From positions 1-64,000 of the IMG/VR virus record IMGVR_UViG_2029527006_000008: a DNA stretch of 64,000 bases; one strand, written 5' to 3'. The translations under genes and the position numbers were made by a program. Position 1 is the stretch's first letter. Each line of letters begins with the position of its first letter. The notes under the pieces were generated by a model. The model searched no databases. It was not told the DNA's origin and worked only from the letters and a program-made list of their open reading frames with translations. Shown piece after piece: positions 38,389 to 47,157 of the stretch. This stretch comes from an uncultured virus (IMG/VR IMGVR_UViG_2029527006_000008) (Duplodnaviria > Heunggongvirae > Uroviricota > Caudoviricetes).

Positions 38389-38832
38389 ATGCAAGAGGTT
38401 ATTAATACCGCTGAAGATTTAGTAGTGGCTGTTAAGCGGGATGTTAAGCTGTTAACCGACAAGGTACACCATATCCGTAATACCGAGGACATTGGTTTAA
38501 AGACCATGGCGAAGTTGCACGGCATTTTGATGGACTGTAAGGCGCGACTTCAGCAGGTCAAGCGTTGGGAAGGACAACTCATGGATATTGAGATCGTCCG
38601 TGCTGAATGGACGCGGTTCAAGGGTTGGTTAAAAGATACCTGGGCAAAAGTAGATACCATCATGGAGATGGATCGAGTGATTACCGTAGCGGATTGCGAA
38701 GCCGCGGAGAAGCAAGAGCCGTGGTATCAGCCGATTAAGAACCGCAACAGCATTGTGGGTGGGTTGTTAGTGTTGTTTGCGACTGCCATGGTAATCATTG
38801 CCATTTCGAACCTGTCTTACATTTTGGCATAA
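38389..38832 (+). CDS. Hypothetical protein with C-terminal TM anchor
   Basis: GGAGG RBS; C-terminal IVGGLLVLFATAMVIIAI. Confidence 0.75.
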   Translation: MQEVINTAEDLVVAVKRDVKLLTDKVHHIRNTEDIGLKTMAKLHGILMDCKARLQQVKRWEGQLMDIEIVRAEWTRFKGWLKDTWAKVDTIMEMDRVITVADCEAAEKQEPWYQPIKNRNSIVGGLLVLFATAMVIIAISNLSYILA

Positions 38833-38844
38833 TAAATAAAAAGA

Positions 38845-39258
38845 GTGATAATGGATAGCTTTAAAACCGGTAAGCGAAAATCACACCCCTATCTAAACGT
38901 AGGGGTCTGCTTCAATTCGAGTGTGGGGGTGCGTACATTAAGTTTTATTCACCCCTTTACTCACAAACCGTTTGTGCTTTTAACCGATATACAACCGCAC
39001 CACGTGTGGGGACAAGATGAACAGGACCTTTATCTCGAAAACATAAACGCTTTGTTGGAGTTGTACGCCCACGAGCAAGCAGAACCGCATATCAGCATGT
39101 ACGAGTGCAACAGGGTGGGTCAAGCTATGCCTGTAAACACACCTATCGAAAAAGATATCGCGCGCAGGGCATTTAGAAACGAACTCAACTGGCTAACTAA
39201 CATAACCATACAGCGGGATAACCGTTGTATGCAGTTACTATCAATCGTAAACATTTAA
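38845..39258 (+). CDS. Hypothetical protein
   Basis: 137-aa ORF in an operon. Confidence 0.65.
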   Translation: MIMDSFKTGKRKSHPYLNVGVCFNSSVGVRTLSFIHPFTHKPFVLLTDIQPHHVWGQDEQDLYLENINALLELYAHEQAEPHISMYECNRVGQAMPVNTPIEKDIARRAFRNELNWLTNITIQRDNRCMQLLSIVNI

Positions 39259-39274
39259 TCAAAAGGACAGTACC

Positions 39275-40525
39275 ATGATTCAGACCGCTTTCGACTTAAC
39301 CAACCTCAATATGCGCCACGTTACCCTGCCAAACTTGGGCCCGGTATTCCTGGTGGATAACTTCGGCTTTGTCGCTGCTTCTTCACAAGAAGGTGTTATC
39401 CAAACTATCGCTCATTACCTGGGTAAGCATCGCCAACCCAAACCCTTAAACTATTTGGTGAGAGAGCTCTACGAGATGGGGGCTGTACCATTGCTGGCCG
39501 CAGTAAACCACTCCGCCTATGCTATTTACAAGCTCGAAGATCATTGGGGTATTGAGTTTGTCGGCACCAATGCTCTTTATGAAGTGACTTCCCAGGAACA
39601 CGTCTTTGCAGTATTAAGACATGATAACGTGCGCCGCGAATTAGGGGCTAACAGGATCAGTGACCGGAGTAAGTTACCTGACCCTATTTACGTGGGCTTT
39701 ACCGCGCTTGGCATGACACAGTCCCGCATGATGCCAATGGGGGTGACGGTTACACGTATCCCGGCGAAAGCTAACAGCAAGGCGATATGGGACACAGGTG
39801 CCATCGCAGAGGCGCTCGATAAAGCCACACAGAGCGAACCTGCTGAAGCTAAACCCAAAGACGATCACGAAGCAAAGTTACTCGCTAAGTTATCGGCTTC
39901 GTTAGCAGATTATAACAACCCTTATCACGGTAATCGTTCAGAGGCGCTGAAATCTGTTGTTGAAACCATCAACGAGATTGAACGCCTGTACCCGCGTGAA
40001 AAGAAAACGTCTTTACCTTCATCGCTGGGCGAAACATTGCTGGGGTACGGTCAACTGCCTTTCTGGTTAGGAACCTTCGGGAACGACCACTCCCAACATC
40101 CGATGGCGCAGATTTACCAGTTCCCGTTACAAACGGTTTCGGAAACTTTGACTGCCATCCTCAAGCGTGAAGAGCACGAAGCTGGAACTACGAAGAAACC
40201 TGGTTTCTCTATCAAACATATCAACGAGCTCTCCTCAGTGATTACGGATAAAACGTTTGGCGGTAAGCTGACGATTTATTACGCCAACGCAGAAGAGAAA
40301 GACAAACTGTTTGAGCGTTTGAACAGTCTGGTAGAACTGATCCTCACCGGTGAAAACTTTATCAAGTTCTCCTTCGACATTCTTGAGAAGGGTGTGCAAG
40401 ATACCTGGGTGTTCGAAAACGTTACCATCAGTGGTCCGGTAATGCTTACTGGTCGCATGGTGTTAACCAACATCAATCTGCATTCAGGAAGCTATTGCGA
40501 AGCGACCATGACAGGCTGGAAGTAA
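39275..40525 (+). CDS. Hypothetical protein
   Basis: 416 aa, AAGGA RBS; followed by the hairpin GGGGAG-TTTCGA-CTCCCC. Confidence 0.8.
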   Translation: MIQTAFDLTNLNMRHVTLPNLGPVFLVDNFGFVAASSQEGVIQTIAHYLGKHRQPKPLNYLVRELYEMGAVPLLAAVNHSAYAIYKLEDHWGIEFVGTNALYEVTSQEHVFAVLRHDNVRRELGANRISDRSKLPDPIYVGFTALGMTQSRMMPMGVTVTRIPAKANSKAIWDTGAIAEALDKATQSEPAEAKPKDDHEAKLLAKLSASLADYNNPYHGNRSEALKSVVETINEIERLYPREKKTSLPSSLGETLLGYGQLPFWLGTFGNDHSQHPMAQIYQFPLQTVSETLTAILKREEHEAGTTKKPGFSIKHINELSSVITDKTFGGKLTIYYANAEEKDKLFERLNSLVELILTGENFIKFSFDILEKGVQDTWVFENVTISGPVMLTGRMVLTNINLHSGSYCEATMTGWK

Positions 40526-40672
40526 TCTACATGGGGAGTTTCGACTCCCCTAATCTTTTAACTGTTTAAGTGATGAGAAGACAGCAATAAGTGGACTTTT
40601 CAGAGTCTATTTAATCTTTTTTCACTGACAACTTATCTTACTGTAACTGAACCGCATTTCTAAGGATTCCAA

Positions 40673-41332
40673 ATGGGCATCAACCTGTTAACCGCGACCG
40701 AGATCAAAGTTGACCGTTTAAACCGTGACACCAAAACCACCCTGCACAGTAAAGCCATTACGGTCGACCTGTTATGGCAGGAAAGACACGGCGGCTTCTC
40801 AGGTAAGGTTATGTATTTGCCAAACGAAAAGAAACGCTACCTGGCCGTGCCAATGCAGTTCTATAACGTTATCGGCAACCATAACAAGGTCGTGATGTTA
40901 ACGGAAGGCTTTGGGTCTATCGTAACCCGAGCAAGCGAAGAGGCATTAGGTGGTCGCTACAGTTCCAAGCTCTTCCACGCTACTCTGGTGGATGATGCTA
41001 ACGCTTTGCTGGACAATGAGGATGTGCGTAAGAGACTCAATCTTACTTACCTTTTCAATGCCGGTGATCTTAATTACCCCTCAGTTATCATAGGGGATAA
41101 CAAAAAGGTCCGCACCTTCATGGAGGCGATGGACCCAGAACAAGCAAGTTTAGACATGTTTGGTGAATACGCCAAGTTGGGGAAACTGGTTTGTATTCAT
41201 CGTAAATCGAAAAATGCTGCACCAGACTCAGTTATTTTTGGTCTACTGACTGCCACTGGTATCTTATACCGTTTAGAAGTTGAAGACGAAAAAGTTATCG
41301 GTTACGCAGCAATCGGCTGTATAGACCTTTAA
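40673..41332 (+). CDS. Hypothetical protein
   Basis: 219 aa, AAGGA RBS. Confidence 0.75.
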   Translation: MGINLLTATEIKVDRLNRDTKTTLHSKAITVDLLWQERHGGFSGKVMYLPNEKKRYLAVPMQFYNVIGNHNKVVMLTEGFGSIVTRASEEALGGRYSSKLFHATLVDDANALLDNEDVRKRLNLTYLFNAGDLNYPSVIIGDNKKVRTFMEAMDPEQASLDMFGEYAKLGKLVCIHRKSKNAAPDSVIFGLLTATGILYRLEVEDEKVIGYAAIGCIDL

Positions 41333-41391
41333 GAAAAATCCACCATACGTAGTAACTTTGATCAATTCTTTTACTTAATAAGGTAATACCC

Positions 41392-42024
41392 ATGACTACA
41401 ATTGTTTATGCTGATGGCGTTCTGGCTTCCGATTCTCAGGTTACTCAGGGTTTCAACATTAAGCTTCCTACCAAAATGCAGAAGATCTACGAACCTGCGG
41501 AAGGCAAGCGCTGGACTCTGTACGGCAAACGTATCCTGGCAATCGGCGTAGCTGGTGACGCAGCAGGTATCTACGAACTGATGGACCACCTTGAAAAAGG
41601 CATCATGTTCGATACCAAAGGTAAACAAGACGCGTGGATCAACTGTATTGCCGTCGCTGACGACAAATCCATCTTTATCCTGGACACCTATGGCGATCGC
41701 AAACACGCGATGTTCGTGAACCTGCCGGCGGATGCGAAGTACTCTCTGGGATCTGGTGGTGAAATCGCAACGGCGTATCTGGCAATCGGCAAAAAGCCCG
41801 CGGAAGTAATCAAGCTGACCTCTAAGCTTGATAGCTTTACTGGTGGTGATGTGCAGGTGTGGACCTTCCCTGAAGTATTGCCGGCTGATGTTAAGCCAGC
41901 TGAAATCCCGGCCGACCAGCAGGCGCTGATCACTAAAGTTGCAGGTGAACTTGATGCGATCCGTCATTCTGCGCTGGAAAAAGCAACTGCTGAAATCCTG
42001 GAACGTACCAAAGCTTCAGCATAA
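41392..42024 (+). CDS. Ntn-hydrolase (HslV/proteasome beta-like) protease
   Basis: N-terminal M-TTIV...LASDSQ, internal K, GVAG, LGSGG and D..TGG motifs of Thr-nucleophile proteases. Confidence 0.75.
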   Translation: MTTIVYADGVLASDSQVTQGFNIKLPTKMQKIYEPAEGKRWTLYGKRILAIGVAGDAAGIYELMDHLEKGIMFDTKGKQDAWINCIAVADDKSIFILDTYGDRKHAMFVNLPADAKYSLGSGGEIATAYLAIGKKPAEVIKLTSKLDSFTGGDVQVWTFPEVLPADVKPAEIPADQQALITKVAGELDAIRHSALEKATAEILERTKASA

Positions 42025-42042
42025 GCAAAGAAGTCATACGAC

Positions 42043-42075
42043 CACTACCTACCCCCGCAAAGGGTAGGTAGTTTT
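42043..42075 (+). terminator. Intrinsic terminator
   Basis: ACTACCTACCC-CGCAAA-GGGTAGGTAGT-TTT. Confidence 0.8.
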
Positions 42076-42135
42076 ATGTATGATTTTTTACTATTCCGTT
42101 TATCCCTTGTGTTATTAACTACTGAGTACAGTCAT

Positions 42136-42666
42136 ATGTCGAACCTCAACGAACAACCGATTCTTAGCTACAACGAACAGCAAGTCCTGAACCAGAAGAT
42201 CAGCTCATTCCTCAACGTCTTCTTTGGCGGACTGCAACAGAACCAACAAGCATTCGTGCTGCGCACGCCAATCGGCATGTTCCCTGTGACCGGTGAGTCT
42301 TTTGATTTCGATGCACACACCTATCTGGTGCTGGAGCCTGAGAAACAAGCAGGCGTAGAAGAGATCACTGCGGTGGACGATACCGTTGTCTTCCACACCG
42401 GCGATGAAATACTATGTATTCAGAAATTAAAAGGCGCCGAGCATTACTACGGGTTCCGCATGGAGCCGACTCGTTCTGTTGATTCAGAATGGTTGTCAGC
42501 TCTTCAGCTGCTCGTGACTTATGCGATGATCGCTTTGAAAGGCCGAGCGCGTAATACGCTCATTACCTATCAAAATGCTGGTTACAAAATCATTCCCGTC
42601 TCGCCGATAGTACTGGAAGATAAATACAACCCAATGTTCAAACGCGCAAAACTCATCCTCGCCTAA
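42136..42666 (+). CDS. Hypothetical protein
   Basis: Likely start MSNLNEQ at 42136. Confidence 0.7.
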   Translation: MSNLNEQPILSYNEQQVLNQKISSFLNVFFGGLQQNQQAFVLRTPIGMFPVTGESFDFDAHTYLVLEPEKQAGVEEITAVDDTVVFHTGDEILCIQKLKGAEHYYGFRMEPTRSVDSEWLSALQLLVTYAMIALKGRARNTLITYQNAGYKIIPVSPIVLEDKYNPMFKRAKLILA

Positions 42667-42770
42667 TTCAATAAGTGTTCCCCGCCAAGGGAACACTTAT
42701 GATATACGTTTCTTTTTTTTGTTTTTTACTGGAAAGGCTATTAGTTAGAACTATTCATGAGGTATTAACT

Positions 42771-43373
42771 ATGGAAGAACGTTTTAGTAACGAAGTCATC
42801 GACATCGTTAGTGCCGCGCTGAATAAAGCCCGCACAGCCCCGCTTGATCATCCTGATATGCCGTTCAGAGCAAAGATCAAAGTTGAACAAGCCAAGATAC
42901 AATACAAGATCAAAGACCACCAACCCCCGCTTAATGATCACTCTTGGACGGTTGACTTCATTGAAGAGATAAGAACTTCTCGCGAATTCTACGAAGCCTA
43001 CATCGACTGTTGTAGGCGTTTCAAGAAGAAACCCGCTGAACCGCACTATGTTAAAACGCTGTTGACCATCCAGTTCCTTCAGGGCATCATGCAGAAAGCT
43101 TGGCCCGATACCAGCTTTCAAGTTCACGTTAGTGGTGTGCATGCCGCAACCAAAGGAAACTTTGCTACGTCAACGATCATTGGTCGGTTCATTATCGGTC
43201 GTCGACCACGTCGCCTCTCATTCTTGATGGATGGTCGCGTAGAACTGTCAGAGGCCATGGAAGAAGTTTTGGCTGAATACGGGAGCGCGCTTTCTCTTAT
43301 GCAGTCAGGTGAAACCACTAACCTCGTCATCCCGTATGCGGGCTTTTTGGACTATGCAGTTAATTATATGTGA
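42771..43373 (+). CDS. Hypothetical protein
   Basis: GAGGT RBS before ATG 42771 (MEERF...). Confidence 0.7.
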   Translation: MEERFSNEVIDIVSAALNKARTAPLDHPDMPFRAKIKVEQAKIQYKIKDHQPPLNDHSWTVDFIEEIRTSREFYEAYIDCCRRFKKKPAEPHYVKTLLTIQFLQGIMQKAWPDTSFQVHVSGVHAATKGNFATSTIIGRFIIGRRPRRLSFLMDGRVELSEAMEEVLAEYGSALSLMQSGETTNLVIPYAGFLDYAVNYM

Positions 43374-43447
43374 TTGAGCACCCTTACCGCGCGCTAAATC
43401 ATTACTACCCATTATCTACTTTGTACAAGTCATCCCTTTAGATGATC

Positions 43448-43490
43448 GGGCGGGAGACAAACGCTGCTTATGTCTCTCGCTCTTTTTTAT
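43448..43490 (+). terminator. Intrinsic terminator before the tRNA cluster
   Basis: GGGCGGGAGACA...TGTCTCTCGCTC-TTTTTT. Confidence 0.65.
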
Positions 43491-43526
43491 TAGGTAATAG
43501 TAGTAGTTAGTATATTATGTTTCTCT

Positions 43527-43603
43527 TGCTCCATAGCTCAAATAGGTCGAGCGGCGCACTGTTAATGCGTAGGTTACTGGTTCGAGTCCAGTTGGAGCAG
43601 CCA
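43527..43603 (+). tRNA. trnN: tRNA-Asn (GTT)
   Basis: Acceptor stem TGCTCCA/TGGAGCA, anticodon arm GCGCA-CTGTTAA-TGCGT, GGTTCGAGTCC T-arm, encoded CCA. Confidence 0.95.
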
Positions 43604-43609
43604 CATTAT

Positions 43610-43665
43610 GGAAAGGTCGCAGGCAACACGCCTGGGTGTTAACCTCAGTCTGCGGCATTTCCGCC
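43610..43665 (+). ncRNA. Small structured RNA or degenerate tRNA between the two tRNAs
   Basis: GGAAAGGTCGCAGGC pairs with GTCTGCGGCATTTCC (one mismatch, GU pairs); inner AACAC/GTGTT hairpin. Confidence 0.4.
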
Positions 43666-43674
43666 CGATTATAT

Positions 43675-43764
43675 AGAGAGTTGGATGAGAGGCTTAAGTC
43701 GCTTCCCTGCTAAGGAAGTGTGGGATTAGTTCCACCGAGGGTTCGAATCCCTCACTCTCTGCCA
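43675..43764 (+). tRNA. trnS: tRNA-Ser (GCT)
   Basis: AGAGAGT/ACTCTCT acceptor stem, CTTCC-CTGCTAA-GGAAG anticodon arm, long variable arm, GGTTCGAATCC, encoded CCA. Confidence 0.95.
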
Positions 43765-43785
43765 CATTAACGATAACGAGATATT

Positions 43786-44037
43786 ATGAAAGTCACTATC
43801 TACGGTAAAGAAGGTTGTGCGTTCTGCACTCGTGCTAAAGACCTGTGTCAGGAAAAAGCCATTGAGCACGAATATATCGACTTCATTGCAGCTGGCATGA
43901 ACAAAGCTGATCTGGAAGCCGTCGTTGGTAAACCGGTTAGCACCGTTCCGCAGATCTTCGTAGATGGCGCACATATCGGCGGTTACGTTGAGCTGGCAAG
44001 CCTGGTAGCAAAACAGCAGCCGCAGGCAGCTGAGTAA
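43786..44037 (+). CDS. Glutaredoxin
   Basis: CAFC active site, TVPQIFVDG.HIGGY. Confidence 0.93.
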   Translation: MKVTIYGKEGCAFCTRAKDLCQEKAIEHEYIDFIAAGMNKADLEAVVGKPVSTVPQIFVDGAHIGGYVELASLVAKQQPQAAE

Positions 44038-44107
44038 TAATATGTATTTCTAGAACACTTCAATTCAAGATAAAGCGCGTACTGGCAAATGCCACTGCAA
44101 TTTGTAC

Positions 44108-44341
44108 GGGCTACCCCTTGACGCTCATTTGAGTGGGTTCGGGTTATTGTTATTTGCGACGGTGAATTAACGATTCACAGTTTTTGATTAACAGCCGATC
44201 TTATCGCACAGTTACTGATGAGGTTTCTTCGCTGTCGCAAACCCTATTACTTCTCCCGAAGTGATAAACTCCTTGCCTATCGGTCCGCGTAGGTCAAACA
44301 AGGATAGAATACGGGAATGGGAACTTTCACGCCCATGGCCC
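44108..44341 (+). ncRNA. Putative structured ncRNA, domain A
   Basis: GGGCTA/TGGCCC closing stem; 14-bp stem 44153-66/44228-41 with two GU pairs; hairpins at 44245-66, 44270-304 and 44317-36. Confidence 0.5.
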
Positions 44342-44545
44342 CAGCGGACACTATTATTTTTTACTGCAATACCAACATTTATGTAGACAGCTGTACGTTA
44401 AGTAACTCAAATACTTACCGAACCACTGTCCCAAGTGTTTCAGCGAGTACTTTTTCACTATCCCTGCGCGAACGGGATAATACGGATTGTTATCCCATTC
44501 GATTTTATCGCGCAAAAGAATTTCAACTCTGTATTATTAAGGTGT

Positions 44546-44796
44546 AATGAACAAACCATTTTGATGGATGTCCTGTGGTCGCCCTGGCGACATGAGGTTC
44601 GGTAACAGGCGGCTCCTGCTGAGCGGCACGCGGCCTGAGCCGATCTACTAAGCGATCCCTGAGCTGGGGGTGCGATTGCCTATTGAGAGCGAATCGCATA
44701 TGCGGAAGGGTAGAAGAACACTGCGGCGAGCGCCGCTGTTGAGGGTGTTCTCCCAGACTGCTAGGGCGACCTCAGGACCTTCATTGAAAGTTCATT
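44546..44796 (+). ncRNA. Putative structured ncRNA, domain B (~250 nt, GC-rich)
   Basis: Long interrupted terminal stem (44546-44589 with 44759-44796) enclosing several hairpins; no credible ORF. Confidence 0.6.
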
Positions 44797-44819
44797 ATCT
44801 CTCTCAAAGATAATAACAG

Positions 44820-45093
44820 AGTGGAATAAGGATGTTCCACAATGTTTCCAACTCACTAAAGGTAAATATGTTTTTCATAGCTTATTTACCCTTACTGGGT
44901 AAATTTCAGTTGACGGAACAAACGATGTTCAATCTCGTGATCGCTGCGATACGAGGTTACATTATAACAGAACCTTCCAACGAGTACTCCCCAGGCTCGG
45001 AAGTCATTGCAGAACCATTCGCGCCGAAGCGAAGATCCCAAATAGCGTGGCAGCACGCCATATGGGGTTTCCGATAGATGTGCTGACTGGGGA
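44820..45093 (+). ncRNA. Putative structured ncRNA, domain C
   Basis: Series of hairpins ending in a multibranch domain closed by TCCCCAG(44988-94)/CTGGGGA(45087-93). Confidence 0.45.
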
Positions 45094-45105
45094 TTATAAG
45101 TTACC

Positions 45106-45150
45106 GCCTGACCGCCAAAGGCGAGTCAGGCACAACTTCTTATTTTTTTG
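45106..45150 (+). terminator. Intrinsic terminator ending the tRNA/ncRNA unit
   Basis: GCCTGAC-CGCC-AAA-GGCG-A-GTCAGGC followed by TTCTTATTTTTTT. Confidence 0.75.
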
Positions 45151-45190
45151 TCTTTTTAAATAATCTTTAAATCACTGTTATTTTTTCAAG

Positions 45191-45200
45191 TCTATATTAC
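45191..45200 (+). promoter_or_regulatory. Early promoter motif for phuZ
   Basis: TTTCAAG-TCTATATTAC-TTAGGTGAA. Confidence 0.8.
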
Positions 45201-45259
45201 TTAGGTGAATGTAGTACAATAATCGTAACTTAAAGCTTTATTAACAACGGAGTAGTAAC

Positions 45260-46240
45260 ATGTCTGAACTTATGGTCATTGGTTGTGGCGGTACTGGTAT
45301 CAACATCATGAAAGATGTGATCGATGCTCCCGGAACTCGCATTCTGAAAGAAGCGAAGTACCTGGCATTCGACAGTTCCGACAGCAACAGTTCTGATGGT
45401 AAATTCGAAGTGCTGCACATGAACTCGGCCAAGAACCCGGGTCAGAAAGCTCAGGGGTCTGGTAAAGATGTCACGCTGAACTTTGAAAACCACGCGCCGT
45501 TCATTGCGGAGTCGTTCAAAGTTCACAAGCCGGGCAAGTTCTGTATCGTAATCATGTCGGCCGCTGGCGGTACCGGTTCTGGTCAGGGCTTTGCTGTTCT
45601 GCGCTATCTGCTGAGTCGCGGCATTCCTACCGTGGGCCTGTTCGTACTGGATCACACCTCTTTGGTTGAGCGTCGTAACTCTACCAAGATCATGGTGTCG
45701 ATCTCTAACCAGGTGCAAGAGCGTTTCCTGGGCAAAGTCATTCCTCACATCCGTATCGTGAACGATGACCGCACCCGTCGTGAAATCAACGACGAAGCGA
45801 TCCTGAACCTGAACTACGTCAGCCTGTTCCTGACCGAGTCCAACGAAGAGCTGGACTTCGAAGATATTGCCAACGCGCTGCAATACTCTAAAGTCACTGG
45901 CCTGCCGCCGGCGCTGTCTGAAATCAACTTCCTCACTGACGACGCAGTTACCAGCTACAACGGTAAACCGCCGGTGTCATTCTGCTCGATCTTCGATCAT
46001 CGCGACAACGCACGTCCACTGTTCAAAGACTCTGCGTACCGCGCGACCGGTGTTATCAATCCGGACAACAACCCGCCGAACGCCAAGACCATCGTCATGA
46101 TGCTGGATCACGGCGAAGCGGTTGAAAAACTGGAAGTGGAAATGGAAGAGCTGGAAGCTACCCAGCAGAAAGCGAAGTCTTCCTTTATTAAGCAGAAAGA
46201 CCTGTCGTCTAATGCTGATGAAAGCGGTTTCGACTTCTAA
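45260..46240 (+). CDS. phuZ: Phage tubulin PhuZ
   Basis: GCGGTG nucleotide loop, GSGK, tubulin signature AAGGTGSG, ELDFEDI T7 loop, acidic/aromatic C-terminal tail. Confidence 0.93.
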   Translation: MSELMVIGCGGTGINIMKDVIDAPGTRILKEAKYLAFDSSDSNSSDGKFEVLHMNSAKNPGQKAQGSGKDVTLNFENHAPFIAESFKVHKPGKFCIVIMSAAGGTGSGQGFAVLRYLLSRGIPTVGLFVLDHTSLVERRNSTKIMVSISNQVQERFLGKVIPHIRIVNDDRTRREINDEAILNLNYVSLFLTESNEELDFEDIANALQYSKVTGLPPALSEINFLTDDAVTSYNGKPPVSFCSIFDHRDNARPLFKDSAYRATGVINPDNNPPNAKTIVMMLDHGEAVEKLEVEMEELEATQQKAKSSFIKQKDLSSNADESGFDF

Positions 46241-46262
46241 GTAATAAAACACTAAAATGAAT

Positions 46263-46300
46263 ATACTACTAGGGGAAACCCTAGTAGTATTATTTTTTTC
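46263..46300 (+). terminator. Intrinsic terminator
   Basis: ATACTACTAGGG-GAAA-CCCTAGTAGTAT-TATTTTTTT. Confidence 0.88.
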
Positions 46301-46320
46301 TTTCAAATGAGGTCATTAAC

Positions 46321-46614
46321 GTGTCTAGATCGTTCATTGTTGAATTATCTCGGTTGGGTCCAGGTGATCCTATGAGTCAATCAGATAAACCCTTAGAACG
46401 TGACAGGCAGCGTTTTCTGTTGTGCCGGGGTTTAGAAGATTTAGGTTTTTCTATTGAAAACAATGTATCCATGGGAATGTTGACGCCAAACGAAGAGTTG
46501 GTGCTTAATTCTTTATCCGATACGTTGGCTAATAAAGCTTTGGGCGTACCAGCCGACGCGCTTGTGCGCATCACTCCTTTGGGTAATACCTTCAGGGTCT
46601 TGTTTTTATTCTAA
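46321..46614 (+). CDS. Hypothetical protein
   Basis: GTG start with GAGG RBS. Confidence 0.65.
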   Translation: MSRSFIVELSRLGPGDPMSQSDKPLERDRQRFLLCRGLEDLGFSIENNVSMGMLTPNEELVLNSLSDTLANKALGVPADALVRITPLGNTFRVLFLF

Positions 46615-46629
46615 GAGGCTTTACCATAC

Positions 46630-47157
46630 ATGTTGCATCCCATTCACACCATCGACCTCCTTTATTACAAAAAGATGTTTGCCTATCTTAATAACAAAGC
46701 AAACGTTGATAAAGAAGAGGACCAAGAACTCAGTCCGCAATTTGTAATGTCGTTTGTCGAACGCGCCTTTGCGTTTGTTGAGGAAGTCTATAACAGCAGC
46801 AACACGTTCCACCTCGATGGCTTGCAGCAAGTTATCGCGGAAACTGGATTCGTGGGTGAGTTGGTTGATTACGTTGAGATCGAAATTGCTAAGCTTCGGG
46901 AGAAAACGCTTCATGCAGGTTGGGATCCACGTATCAAAATCAAAGTCACCGAACGCCGCATTGCTTCTGCTCAACAGATATTAATGTACAGCATGGATCT
47001 GGACGCAACGCACGAGGCGATGACAGAAGAACCAGTCGTAGAAGTTTATGACAGTGCCTTCACTGATAAAGACATTATCGACAACCCAAGCGTGGACCAA
47101 ATCAATGACTGGTTCGACAGAGAACTACAATCCAAGAAGGCTACAAAAGACACTTGA
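46630..47157 (+). CDS. Hypothetical protein
   Basis: 175 aa, GAGG RBS. Confidence 0.75.
   Translation: MLHPIHTIDLLYYKKMFAYLNNKANVDKEEDQELSPQFVMSFVERAFAFVEEVYNSSNTFHLDGLQQVIAETGFVGELVDYVEIEIAKLREKTLHAGWDPRIKIKVTERRIASAQQILMYSMDLDATHEAMTEEPVVEVYDSAFTDKDIIDNPSVDQINDWFDRELQSKKATKDT

Noticed and set aside
44215..44250. CTGATGAG followed by GGTTT..AAACC, resembling a hammerhead ribozyme core
   Set aside because: The required GAAA after stem II is missing, and the segment is better explained by the 14-bp stem with 44153-66
44317..44547. 76-aa ORF in the ncRNA tract
   Set aside because: Poor RBS, atypical codons and composition, overlaps stable stems
44546..44796. Retron msr-msd, tmRNA or group I intron identity for the structured RNA
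   Set aside because: No reverse transcriptase in the window, no tRNA-Ala-like ends or tag peptide, no recognisable P7 core or interrupted gene
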